From NCBI GenBank assembly GCA_023247235.1, contig JAHFGW010000002.1, positions 70,907 through 132,987 of the forward strand: 62,081 nt of DNA. The letters are read 5' to 3'. The notes under the pieces are model-generated. The model was not told where the DNA came from. It was given only the letters and a program-made list of their open reading frames with translations, and did not search any database. This stretch comes from Candidatus Omnitrophota bacterium (GTDB taxonomy: Bacteria > Omnitrophota > Gorgyraeia > Aquiviventales > Aquiviventaceae). This document shows positions 53,021 through 62,026 of this stretch, piece by piece; position 1 is the stretch's first letter, and every line of letters starts with the position of its first letter. The position numbers and the translations under genes are program-made.

Positions 53021-54234
53021 GGCTGGACGTGTCGGAACGGCAGGACCTGTATTATCAGCAGCGCGGCATCTCGCCGACCTACAAAGGCCTGGCCAGCGCG
53101 CGCGAGCTGGACGAGCATGAGCGGCGCCGGGCCGGGCTGCTCGTGGAGAAGCTCCATCTGCCCCCGAGGCTCTTCCGTGGGGCGCGTCTGGTCGAATTCG
53201 GCCCCGATTCGGGCGAAAACGCCCTCGTGTTCGCGCGATGGGGCGCCGAGGTGACGCTCGTGGAGCCCAACCCGAGCTCCTGGGCCAACATCCAGGCGTA
53301 TTTTGAGCGGTTCGGGCTGCGGGAGCGGCTGCGCGACCTGGTGAAGGTGGACTTGGAGGGGTTCCAGAGCCAGGAGCGCTTTGACATCGTCGTCGCCGAA
53401 GGGTTCGTGTACACCATCCCCGATGCCGTCTGGATCGGCCTGTTCACCCGGATCCTGGCGGAGGATGGGCTGGGCCTCATCTCCTACTATGAAGCCTACG
53501 GTTCGCTGATGGACCTGGTGCTGCGGGCGATCCATGCCCGGATGAGGGCCCTGACACACCTGGAGAGCCAGGCCATCGCCGCCAAGCTCTTCCAGACCAA
53601 ATGGGATTCCGTCCCGCACACACGGACGCTGGCGACGTGGGTGATGGATGTGCTGGAGAACCCGTCGGTGCGGTTGCGCTATTTCTTCGATGCCCGCGCG
53701 TTGTGCGCGCGGCTCGCAGAGGCCGGGTTCTCGTTATATTCGTCGTGGCCGGCCTATACCGACGGCCTGCGGGTCCATTGGCATAAGCTGGACGTGCCCA
53801 AGGCGCAACGGCAGGCGCAGGATGCGAAGTTTATCGCGCGCAATAGCCTCAGTGTCGCATTGGGAACAACGCTGTTCTGCTGCGCCGAGTCCGAAGCAAC
53901 CGTCATGTCGATGCGCGCGTCGTTGCGGGATGTCCTGGAGTCCATGGATCAGCTGATCGATGCGCTCGATCCCGAGGCCATCGCGCGGGGCCTCCACGCG
54001 CTCGGTCAACTCGAGGAGCTCCTGCGGCATGCGCCGTTTCTCGCGGATTCCCCCCAGGACAAGCCCCAAGCGCTGCGCCTGATCCGCGGTCTGCAGCAGC
54101 TCCTGCGGTGGCTGGCGGCCGGTGAGGCCGAGCGCGTGATGCAGTGGTGCAACACGGACCCGGCCTTCATCGCCTGCTGGGGCTTGCCGCATCACTTCGC
54201 GGTGTTTCGCAAGGCGCGCGGTGTCAGCGCATGA
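53017..54234 (+). CDS. Class I SAM-dependent methyltransferase-like protein
   Basis: ATGA overlap with the upstream stop. RLVEFGPDSGENALVFARWGAEVTLVEPN is a variant motif I plus acidic loop. Confidence 0.55.
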   Translation: MRLDVSERQDLYYQQRGISPTYKGLASARELDEHERRRAGLLVEKLHLPPRLFRGARLVEFGPDSGENALVFARWGAEVTLVEPNPSSWANIQAYFERFGLRERLRDLVKVDLEGFQSQERFDIVVAEGFVYTIPDAVWIGLFTRILAEDGLGLISYYEAYGSLMDLVLRAIHARMRALTHLESQAIAAKLFQTKWDSVPHTRTLATWVMDVLENPSVRLRYFFDARALCARLAEAGFSLYSSWPAYTDGLRVHWHKLDVPKAQRQAQDAKFIARNSLSVALGTTLFCCAESEATVMSMRASLRDVLESMDQLIDALDPEAIARGLHALGQLEELLRHAPFLADSPQDKPQALRLIRGLQQLLRWLAAGEAERVMQWCNTDPAFIACWGLPHHFAVFRKARGVSA

Positions 54235-55028
54235 TGGAGAAGCGCCACTGTCTTGTGATTGGGGGCACGCGGGGGATCGGCCGCGCGTTCGTGCGGCTCC
54301 TGGCGGGCCAAGCGGATCATGCCCTCTCCGTGATCGGACGTCGTCCCGGGTCGGAGTCCGACGAGCCACTGCCCGGGGTCCGGTCGTGGACGGCGGACGT
54401 GCTGGACGAGGAGCGCCTGACGGTTGTGTTGCGCGAGGTCATGCGCGCGCAAGGCAAATTGCACGAGCTGGTCTGCTTTCAGAAGTACCGGGGGGACGGC
54501 GAGGCGTGGGACGGGGAGCTCGCGACGAGCCTGACGGCGACCAAGCGGCTGATCGAGCGGCTCGCGGAGGAGTTCGACCCGATGGCCGATGACCGCGCCA
54601 TCGTGCTGGTAAGCTCGATCGCCAGCCGCTTCGTGGCCGAAGAGCAGCCGGCCAGCTACCACGTGGCGAAGGCAGGCTTGGTGCAGATGGCGCGGTACTA
54701 CGCCACCACGCTCGGGCCGCGAGGGATCCGGGTCAACGCCGTGTCGCCCGGGACCATCCTGAAGGCGGAGTCCCGCGCATTCTATTTGGCGAATGAGCCG
54801 CTGGCGGAGCTCTACCGGCGCATCACGCCGCTGGACCGCATGGGCACGGCCGAAGAGGTCGCGCAGGTCATCGCGTTCCTGTGCAGCCCGAAGGCCTCGT
54901 GGATCACCGGCCAGAATCTCGTCGTTGACGGAGGCGTGTCCCTGCAGACGCACGAATCGATGGCCCGCAAGCTCGCGGATCTTGGCCAGCTGCGCGTCAC
55001 CCGTCAGCCCAGCGTGAGCCCCCGATGA
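54231..55028 (+). CDS. Short-chain dehydrogenase/reductase
   Basis: ATGA overlap with the upstream stop. VIGGTRGIGRAF and YHVAKAGL (YxxxK). Confidence 0.8.
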   Translation: MMEKRHCLVIGGTRGIGRAFVRLLAGQADHALSVIGRRPGSESDEPLPGVRSWTADVLDEERLTVVLREVMRAQGKLHELVCFQKYRGDGEAWDGELATSLTATKRLIERLAEEFDPMADDRAIVLVSSIASRFVAEEQPASYHVAKAGLVQMARYYATTLGPRGIRVNAVSPGTILKAESRAFYLANEPLAELYRRITPLDRMGTAEEVAQVIAFLCSPKASWITGQNLVVDGGVSLQTHESMARKLADLGQLRVTRQPSVSPR

Positions 55029-56104
55029 GCGCTCCGGTGCGCGTGGGGGTGGTGGGCGCCGGATTGATGAGCCAGCTGGCGCATCTGGCGAACTACCAGC
55101 AGATCCCGGGTTGCCGGCTGACGGCGCTGGCGGAGTTGCGGCCGGAGCTGCGGCGCCGCGTGGCCGAGCGGTATGGCATTCCTCGGTCGTACCCGAGCCA
55201 CCGGGAGCTGCTTGCGGATGCCGAGGTGGACGCGGTCGTCGTGGTGACTCCGCGCCGCGCGACCGGCCCGGTCGCGCTCGAGTGTCTGGAGGCCGGCAAG
55301 CACGTGCTGACCGAGAAACCCATGGCCTCCACCGTCGAGCAAGCGGAGCGATTAGTGAGCGCGGCCCAAGCGCACGGCGTTCGCTATGCGGTGGGCTACA
55401 TGCGGCGGCACGATGAGGGCGTCGAGTGCGCGAAACGTCTGATGGACGATGTGCTGCGTCGCGGGGACCTGGGGCCGGTGATTTTCGCGCGCGCCCACTG
55501 CTTCATGGGAGAAGGGTACGCCAACATCGATGGGCAGATCACGACGACGGAGCCGGTTGGCGACGCGATGCCCGAGTGGCCCATGGCGCCGGCCTGGGTG
55601 CCACAGGAGCGGCAGGCGGACTACGCCGGCTTCCTCAATGTCTATTGTCATACCGTCAATCTCCTGCGGTACCTCATGGGCCGCACGCCCTCTGTGGACT
55701 ACGCGCAGTTCGAGCGGGCGGATGGCCGCGTGGCCGTGCTCGATTTCGGCGAATGGCGGGCCGTGCTGGAGGCAGGCCGGTTTACCTCGCGCGGATGGGA
55801 TGAGTCGCTCGAGATCTATTTCGCCCACGGCCGGCTACGGGTCGTGCTGCCGCCCGCCATGTTGCGGAACGTGCCGGCCACCGTCGAGCTCTATCAAGGC
55901 GGCAGCATTCAGCAGGTGCAAGCGCCTCAATGTGGCTGGAGCTGGGCGTTTCGCCGGCAGGCGGAGGCGTTCGTGCGAGATGTGCAGGAAGGGCGTGAGC
56001 CGCTCGCCGGCGGGCAGGATGCGCTCGACGATATGCGCCTGATCGACGACCTGTGGCGGGCGGCGCTGCGCGAGCCGAAAGCCGCGCTGGTGGCCTCTTC
56101 ATGA
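55025..56104 (+). CDS. Gfo/Idh/MocA-family oxidoreductase (WbpB/WlbA-like candidate)
   Basis: VGVVGAGLMSQLAHL Rossmann fold and LTEKP. It is directly followed by a DegT aminotransferase. Confidence 0.75.
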   Translation: MSAPVRVGVVGAGLMSQLAHLANYQQIPGCRLTALAELRPELRRRVAERYGIPRSYPSHRELLADAEVDAVVVVTPRRATGPVALECLEAGKHVLTEKPMASTVEQAERLVSAAQAHGVRYAVGYMRRHDEGVECAKRLMDDVLRRGDLGPVIFARAHCFMGEGYANIDGQITTTEPVGDAMPEWPMAPAWVPQERQADYAGFLNVYCHTVNLLRYLMGRTPSVDYAQFERADGRVAVLDFGEWRAVLEAGRFTSRGWDESLEIYFAHGRLRVVLPPAMLRNVPATVELYQGGSIQQVQAPQCGWSWAFRRQAEAFVRDVQEGREPLAGGQDALDDMRLIDDLWRAALREPKAALVASS

Positions 56105-57222
56105 GCCCTCTCAACGCGCTGGAGGAGACCGTCGTCCATGACGTCCCATGGTGGAAGACCTCTATCTGCGGACCCCAGGAGATCCAACGGTTTCTGGACG
56201 CCGCGGCCGGCGAGCACATCAGCCAGGGGCCGGTGACCGCAGAGCTTGAGACCCGGCTCGCCGCGGCCCTGGAGGTCCCCTATGCCGTCGCGACCACCAG
56301 CGGCAGTGTCGCGCTCCTCATGGCGCTCATGGCACTGGGGATCGGGCGGGATGACGAGGTGATCGTGCCGAACCGGACCTTCATTGCCACCGCGCATGCC
56401 CCGTGGCTTCTGGGCGCCAAGGTGGTGCTGGTGGATGCGCAGCCCGAGTCCCCGAACATGGACGTCGCGCAGCTGGAGCGCCTCATCACCCCACGAACCA
56501 AGGCCATCATGCCGGTCCACCTGAATGGGCGAGCCGTGGACATGGAGGCTGTGCGCGCGCTCGCCACGGCGCACCGCCTGCTGGTCATCGAGGACGCGGC
56601 GCAGGCACTGTTCTCGCGCAATGCCCGCGGCATGCTCGGGACCCAGTCGGACGCGGGCTGCTTCTCGCTGGGGGTGACGAAGCTGCTGTCGACCGGCCAG
56701 GGCGGTTTCGTGGTCACCAGACGCCAAGACGTCTATGAGCGCCTGCGCCTCATCCGCAACCACGGCGTCGACGACGTCCTGACCGGAAGCTTCCAACAAG
56801 GGGGGTTTAATTTCAAATTCACGGATCTCCTCGCGGCGATCGGCCTGGCGCAATTGGCGCGCGGGTCCGAGCGCATCGCGCATGCGCGCCGCGTGTACGC
56901 GCGCTACGCAGAGGCCCTGGCCGAGCTGCCGTTCATGCGGCTCATCCCCGTGGATGTGGCTGGGGGAGAAGTGCCGCTGTGGATCGAGGTCCTGTGCCCG
57001 GAGCGGGCGACGTGCGTGGAGTTCCTCGCGGCCCGCGGGGTGCGCACACGCCTGTTCCTGCCGGATCTGCACCGCTCGCCCCATCTGATGAACCGGGGGG
57101 AATTCCCGCATTCCACGCGGTTCAGCCAGCAGGGCCTGTGCCTGCCGTGCGGGCCCGCGTTGTCGCTGGAGCAGGTTGAGCGGGTGATCGACGTGTTGCA
57201 GCGCTACCGGGACCGATCATGA
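56101..57222 (+). CDS. DegT/DnrJ/EryC1/StrS-family sugar aminotransferase (WbpE-like candidate)
   Basis: ATGA overlap with the upstream stop. ATTSGSVAL is present, as is SLGVTKLL with the Lys. Confidence 0.85.
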   Translation: MSPLNALEETVVHDVPWWKTSICGPQEIQRFLDAAAGEHISQGPVTAELETRLAAALEVPYAVATTSGSVALLMALMALGIGRDDEVIVPNRTFIATAHAPWLLGAKVVLVDAQPESPNMDVAQLERLITPRTKAIMPVHLNGRAVDMEAVRALATAHRLLVIEDAAQALFSRNARGMLGTQSDAGCFSLGVTKLLSTGQGGFVVTRRQDVYERLRLIRNHGVDDVLTGSFQQGGFNFKFTDLLAAIGLAQLARGSERIAHARRVYARYAEALAELPFMRLIPVDVAGGEVPLWIEVLCPERATCVEFLAARGVRTRLFLPDLHRSPHLMNRGEFPHSTRFSQQGLCLPCGPALSLEQVERVIDVLQRYRDRS

Positions 57223-58499
57223 GCGCGCGAGCACGCCTGGCGCGATTTCTTCGACGGCAGATCAGGGACCTACGCGAAGGCGGCGTGCCCGTTGCCTGGC
57301 GCAAGGCGCTGATGTCGTGTGAGATGCTCCTGGCGATTCCATTCGTGCTCGTCGTGCGCCTACTGCGCCCGCTGCTGGCCGTCCGCTTCGCCGGGCTGCC
57401 GACCGAAGGGATGGGAACGCTGGCGGCGACGCTGGAGATCTACCTCTGCGAGCGCGAGGCTGGCTTGCACGGCCGGCGGGCTATCGACCTGTTCTGCCGC
57501 AGTCAGCTGGTGTGCAACGAGCAGCTGACGAAGATGTGGGAACGGGTCGTGCCCATGAGCCGGTTTATTCGCGCGGCCGAACGGGTCAACCGCTGGCTGC
57601 CTGGCGGCCGGGGCAACCGGGTACCGTGGGAGCGGACGCAGTGCTATGACCTGCACGGGCTGCTGGCGCACACACGTCCGCACATCGCCTTCACGGCGCA
57701 AGAAGAAGCGCATGGCCGCGCGGAGCTGCGCCGGATCGGCGTTGGCGACGGAGCGGACATCGTGTGCTTTTATGCTCGTGATGCGGCCTACTACCTGAGC
57801 CGTCCCTCCGTGCGCAGCCCGACGGCGGAGCGGCAGCACGACCACCGCAACTCGGAGATCCGGGCCCAAGTCCCGGCCATGCACGCCATGGCCCAGCGCG
57901 GCTACGTCGCGGTCCGGATGGGTGCGGGCGTATCCCAGCGGCTTGGCGTCGTGCATCCCCGGATTCTGGATTATGCGATCGACTCGCGGACGGATTTCCT
58001 AGATGTCTACTTGTGCGCCAGGTGCCACTTTTTCCTGGGGGACAGCGGCGGGCTGGCGTCCGTCCCGATGGTGTTCAGGCGCCCGGTGGCGATGGTCAAT
58101 TCGATCCCTCTGGAATACGCCTGGAGCTGGGCGCCTCAGGATCTCTTCCTGCCCAAGCTCCTCTGGTTGCGGTCCGAGCAGCGCCTCCTGACATTTCCCG
58201 AAATCATGGGCTCGAGGATCGGGCGATTGATGGACGCGCAGCTGTACGAGCAGGCCGGAATTGACGCGATCGACAACACCCCGGAAGACATCGCGGCGTT
58301 GGCCGTGGAGATGGACGAGCGGCTCAAGGGGACGTGGCAGACCCACGAAGAGGATGAGGAGCGTCAGCGCCGCTTTTGGAAGCTGTTCGCCCACAGCAAG
58401 CACCACCGGCACATCCGCTCAAGAATCGGCGCGGCGTTCCTGCGCCAGCATCAGGCGTTGCTGGAGGCGCCCGCGCGACGGGTGCAGGTGACGGCATGA
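57219..58499 (+). CDS. Hypothetical protein, possibly a TIGR04372-like glycosyltransferase
   Basis: ATGA overlap with the upstream stop. The ..HFFLGDSGGLASVPMVFRRP.. block is recalled from that family. The assignment is from memory only. Confidence 0.4.
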   Translation: MSARARLARFLRRQIRDLREGGVPVAWRKALMSCEMLLAIPFVLVVRLLRPLLAVRFAGLPTEGMGTLAATLEIYLCEREAGLHGRRAIDLFCRSQLVCNEQLTKMWERVVPMSRFIRAAERVNRWLPGGRGNRVPWERTQCYDLHGLLAHTRPHIAFTAQEEAHGRAELRRIGVGDGADIVCFYARDAAYYLSRPSVRSPTAERQHDHRNSEIRAQVPAMHAMAQRGYVAVRMGAGVSQRLGVVHPRILDYAIDSRTDFLDVYLCARCHFFLGDSGGLASVPMVFRRPVAMVNSIPLEYAWSWAPQDLFLPKLLWLRSEQRLLTFPEIMGSRIGRLMDAQLYEQAGIDAIDNTPEDIAALAVEMDERLKGTWQTHEEDEERQRRFWKLFAHSKHHRHIRSRIGAAFLRQHQALLEAPARRVQVTA

Positions 58500-59101
58500 G
58501 CGAGCGCGTGGCGCACCGGCGGTTTGTCGTCCTCGATCGGGACGGCACCGTGATCGTGGAGCGGCACTATCTGTCGGATCCGGAGCATGTGGAGCTGATC
58601 CCCGGCGTGGCGGAGGCGCTTCGACAATTACGCCAGATGGGGCTGGGCATCGTGATCCTGACGAACCAATCGGCGATCGGCCGCGGCTTCTTCGACGCGC
58701 GTCGCCTGGCGGCGATCCATCAACGGATGACGGACCTGCTCCGCGCGGCGCAGGCGCAGGTGGAGGGGATCTACCATTGCCCGCATCGTCCGGACGATGG
58801 CTGCATCTGTCGCAAGCCGCGGGCGGGCCTGCTGGAGCGCGCGGCGCGCGAGCTGGGGTTTGAGCCGCGGGACAGTTTCGTGATCGGTGACAAGGCCTGC
58901 GACGTGGAGCTGGGGCGGCGCGTCGGGGCCACGACGTTCCTGGTCCGGACCGGGTACGGCGCGCGGATGGCCGAAGCCTGCAAAGCCCACACCGATCATC
59001 TCGTGGAAGACCTCGGGGCGGCCATCCCGGTGATCAGGCGCCTGGTGAACCATCCCGGCGCGCCCCACGATGCCGCCGCGGTGGCGAGGGTCGCCTCATG
59101 A
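58496..59101 (+). CDS. gmhB: D,D-heptose 1,7-bisphosphate phosphatase (HAD-IIIA)
   Basis: VVLDRDGT (DxDxT), TNQSAIGRG, and Zn-site-type CPHRPDDGCICRKP. Confidence 0.85.
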   Translation: MSERVAHRRFVVLDRDGTVIVERHYLSDPEHVELIPGVAEALRQLRQMGLGIVILTNQSAIGRGFFDARRLAAIHQRMTDLLRAAQAQVEGIYHCPHRPDDGCICRKPRAGLLERAARELGFEPRDSFVIGDKACDVELGRRVGATTFLVRTGYGARMAEACKAHTDHLVEDLGAAIPVIRRLVNHPGAPHDAAAVARVAS

Positions 59102-59835
59102 GCCCGGCGAACGTCGAGGCCGTGATTCTGTGCGGAGGGCGCGGCACGCGCCTGGGGACCCTCAGCGCCGCCACGCCGAAACCGCTGCTGCGGGTAGGCG
59201 GGGAGCCGTTTGTGCTGCACCTCATTCAGCGGTTGGCGCGGGAGGGCGTCACGAGGGTCGTGCTGGCGGCGCACTACTTGGCCGCGCAATTCGGGGCATT
59301 CGTCCTGGCTCACCGCGGGCTGGTGCCGGAGCTCGAGCTGCTCGTCGAGCCGCACCCGCTGGGGACCGGCGGCGCGCTTCGCTTTGCCGCGGAGGCCGTG
59401 CGCTCAGAGACGTTCGTGGCGCTCAACGGCGACACGTGGATGACACAAACGATCGCGCCGGTGCTTCAGGAGCACGCTGACGCCGGTCGGGACTGCACGG
59501 CGGTGGTGGCGCCGGCCGCGCGCGTGGAGTGCGGCGCGTCACAGAAAGGGGTGTGGGACATCGGACCGGAGCACGAGGTGCGCGGCTTCACCACGCCGGA
59601 TCTCGTCTCATCTGGATGGGTGAACGCCGGCATGTATGTGTTCAAGCGAGCCCTGGTCCTGGCTTGGCCGACGGGATCCTACAGCCTTGAGGCCGAGGCG
59701 CCTCGCCTGCTGCGGGGCGCGCGCGCCGGCCTGTTCTATTCAAACGCCCGGCTGCTGGACATCGGCACGCCCGAGTCCTATGCGCGGGCGGCGCAGGAGC
59801 TCGCCGGCTCCGCTTCGGCGGGAGCCTCCGCATGA
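59098..59835 (+). CDS. Sugar-1-phosphate nucleotidyltransferase (HddC-like)
   Basis: AVILCGGRGTRLGTLSAATPKPLL signature. Length is about 245 aa. Confidence 0.8.
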   Translation: MSPANVEAVILCGGRGTRLGTLSAATPKPLLRVGGEPFVLHLIQRLAREGVTRVVLAAHYLAAQFGAFVLAHRGLVPELELLVEPHPLGTGGALRFAAEAVRSETFVALNGDTWMTQTIAPVLQEHADAGRDCTAVVAPAARVECGASQKGVWDIGPEHEVRGFTTPDLVSSGWVNAGMYVFKRALVLAWPTGSYSLEAEAPRLLRGARAGLFYSNARLLDIGTPESYARAAQELAGSASAGASA

Positions 59836-61004
59836 GTCCAACGAGCGCGCCGACCGCGGCAGCGCCCCCGCAGCGGAAGACCCCGTATCGGGTGAGCTTC
59901 GGGCACATCGAGGTGGGCGAGGCCGGCCGGCGCTACGTGCATGAGGCCCTCAACCGGAATTGGATTTCCGAAGGCGCCAACGTGCAACGCTTCGAAGCGG
60001 GATTCGGGAGGCTGTTCGGGTACCGTCATGCGATTGCCACCAGCTCGGGCACCGATGCAGGGATCGTCGCGATGGCGGCGCTGCTGGACTGCGGGGCGTC
60101 GCGGGGCGATGAGGTGATCACTCCGGCCCTGGCGTTCGTCTCGACGGCCAACTGCATCCTGGCCGCGGGACTGGTGCCGACGTTTGTCGATGTGGAGCTC
60201 CAGACGCTGAACATCGACCCGGCCCTGATCGAGGCGGCGATCACGCCCAGGACACGGGCGATCCAGGTCGTCCACACGATGGGCAAGCCCTGCGACATGG
60301 ACGCGATTCTTGCCATCGCCAGGCGGCATCGGCTCCGGGTGATCGAAGATTGCTGCGAGGCGCACGGCGCGACGCGGGGCGGCCACGTGGTGGGCTCGTT
60401 TGGAGACCTGGGCCTCTTCAGCTTTTACACCGCGCACCTGATCTGCAGCGGCGAGGGCGGAATGATTTCAACGAATGACCCGGAGCTCGCTGGCCTGTGC
60501 CGCTCCATCCGCAGCCACGGGCGGCGCGGGGGCCAGCTGTACTTCGCGTTTGACCGGATCGGCTTCAACTCCAAGATGAACGACCTCGAAGCCGCCATCG
60601 GCCTGGAGGGCCTGGAGCTGTTCCCTCAGACCTTCGCCATCCGTCGCCGCCACCTCAACCGGCTGTGGGAGTTGCTGAGCCCCCTCGAGGACCGCCTCCT
60701 CTTGTATCGCGACGGCCCGGACGAGATCATCTGCCCGCACGCGTTGCCCATCGTCCTGCGGGACGCGCAGGCCTCGATGGAACCGCTCTACCAGCGGCTG
60801 GAAGCGCAGGGCATCCAGTGCAAAACGCTGTTTGGCTCCCTGCCGACCCAGCACGCGGCGTTTGCATTCCTGGGCCATCGCGAAGGGCAGTTTCCCGTGG
60901 CCGAGCGGATCGGCCGCACCGGGCTGCATTTCGGCGTGCACCAATACCTGAGCGATGACGACCTCGTGTACGCGGCGCAGGCCGTCCGCGCCTTTTTCGC
61001 ATGA
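59832..61004 (+). CDS. DegT-fold PLP/PMP enzyme with His in place of the Schiff-base Lys (ColD-like 3-dehydratase candidate)
   Basis: ATSSGTDAG is present. SFYTAHLICSGEGG occupies the position where the three paralogs have S(L/F)..(P/V)(L/T)K. Confidence 0.7.
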   Translation: MSPTSAPTAAAPPQRKTPYRVSFGHIEVGEAGRRYVHEALNRNWISEGANVQRFEAGFGRLFGYRHAIATSSGTDAGIVAMAALLDCGASRGDEVITPALAFVSTANCILAAGLVPTFVDVELQTLNIDPALIEAAITPRTRAIQVVHTMGKPCDMDAILAIARRHRLRVIEDCCEAHGATRGGHVVGSFGDLGLFSFYTAHLICSGEGGMISTNDPELAGLCRSIRSHGRRGGQLYFAFDRIGFNSKMNDLEAAIGLEGLELFPQTFAIRRRHLNRLWELLSPLEDRLLLYRDGPDEIICPHALPIVLRDAQASMEPLYQRLEAQGIQCKTLFGSLPTQHAAFAFLGHREGQFPVAERIGRTGLHFGVHQYLSDDDLVYAAQAVRAFFA

Positions 61005-62026
61005 CCACACCGCCGACGCCGCGGCTTCGCACGGTGCTGATTACGGGCATCACCGGCTCAGGCGGCAGCTATCTGGCCGAGTATCTTGTGGAGCATCATC
61101 CGCAGCTCGAGGTGCACGGGCTGGCCCGCTGGCACAGCACGGCCGGGGCTGAGCATCTCTCGCAGGTGGCGGGGAAGGTGACCGTGCACGAATGCGACCT
61201 GACCGATTTGAGCTCGGTCTTCGGGGTGCTGAAATCGGTGCGGCCGGATGCGATCTTCCATTTGGCGTCGCATGCGAACGTGCGGGCGTCCTTCATCACG
61301 CCGCTGTCGGTGTTGCAGAACAACATCATGAGCACCGCCAATCTCTTCGAGGCGATCCGCTTGGTGCCGCTGGATCCGATCGTCCAGTTGTGCAGCACCT
61401 CCGAGGTCTACGGGCAAGTGGGCCCCGAGGACGTGCCGATCACCGAAGCGACCGCGTTGAAGCCCGCCAGCCCCTACGCGGTCTCGAAGACCGCGCAAGA
61501 CCTGCTGGGCTGGACGTACTTCAAGAGCTACGGGATGCGCATCATCCGCACGAGGATGTTCGCCTACATCAACCCCCGGCGCAGCGATTTGTTCGCCAGC
61601 TCGTTCGCCAAGCAAGTGGCTCTGATCGAGTGCGGGCTGCAAGAGGAGCTGGTGCACGGCAACCTCGACTCCATCCGCACGCTGATTGATGTCCGCGACG
61701 CCATGGCGGCGTATTGGGAAGCCCTGGTGCACTGCGAGCCGGGGCAAGCCTACAACATCGGCGGCACGACCACAATCAGCGTCGGGCAGTTCCTCGAGCG
61801 GCTGCTGAAGCACAGCCGCGTGCCGATCCGCACGAGGCTCGACCCGGACCTGCTGCGGCCGGCGGACGTCACGCTGCAGATTCCCAGCGTCGAGAAATTC
61901 CGGCAGGCCACGGGATGGGCGCCTCGCTACTCATTGGAGGAGAGCGTGGAGCTGCTCCTGAGCTATTGGCGCTCGCAGGCCGAGCGGCTCGCCAGGCGCC
62001 AGGCCGAGCCGGTCAGGCCGTCATGA
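61001..62026 (+). CDS. GDP-mannose 4,6-dehydratase / Rmd-like SDR
   Basis: VLITGITGSGGSYLAEYLV and YAVSKTAQD (YxxxK). ATGA overlap at both ends. Confidence 0.75.
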   Translation: MTTPPTPRLRTVLITGITGSGGSYLAEYLVEHHPQLEVHGLARWHSTAGAEHLSQVAGKVTVHECDLTDLSSVFGVLKSVRPDAIFHLASHANVRASFITPLSVLQNNIMSTANLFEAIRLVPLDPIVQLCSTSEVYGQVGPEDVPITEATALKPASPYAVSKTAQDLLGWTYFKSYGMRIIRTRMFAYINPRRSDLFASSFAKQVALIECGLQEELVHGNLDSIRTLIDVRDAMAAYWEALVHCEPGQAYNIGGTTTISVGQFLERLLKHSRVPIRTRLDPDLLRPADVTLQIPSVEKFRQATGWAPRYSLEESVELLLSYWRSQAERLARRQAEPVRPS

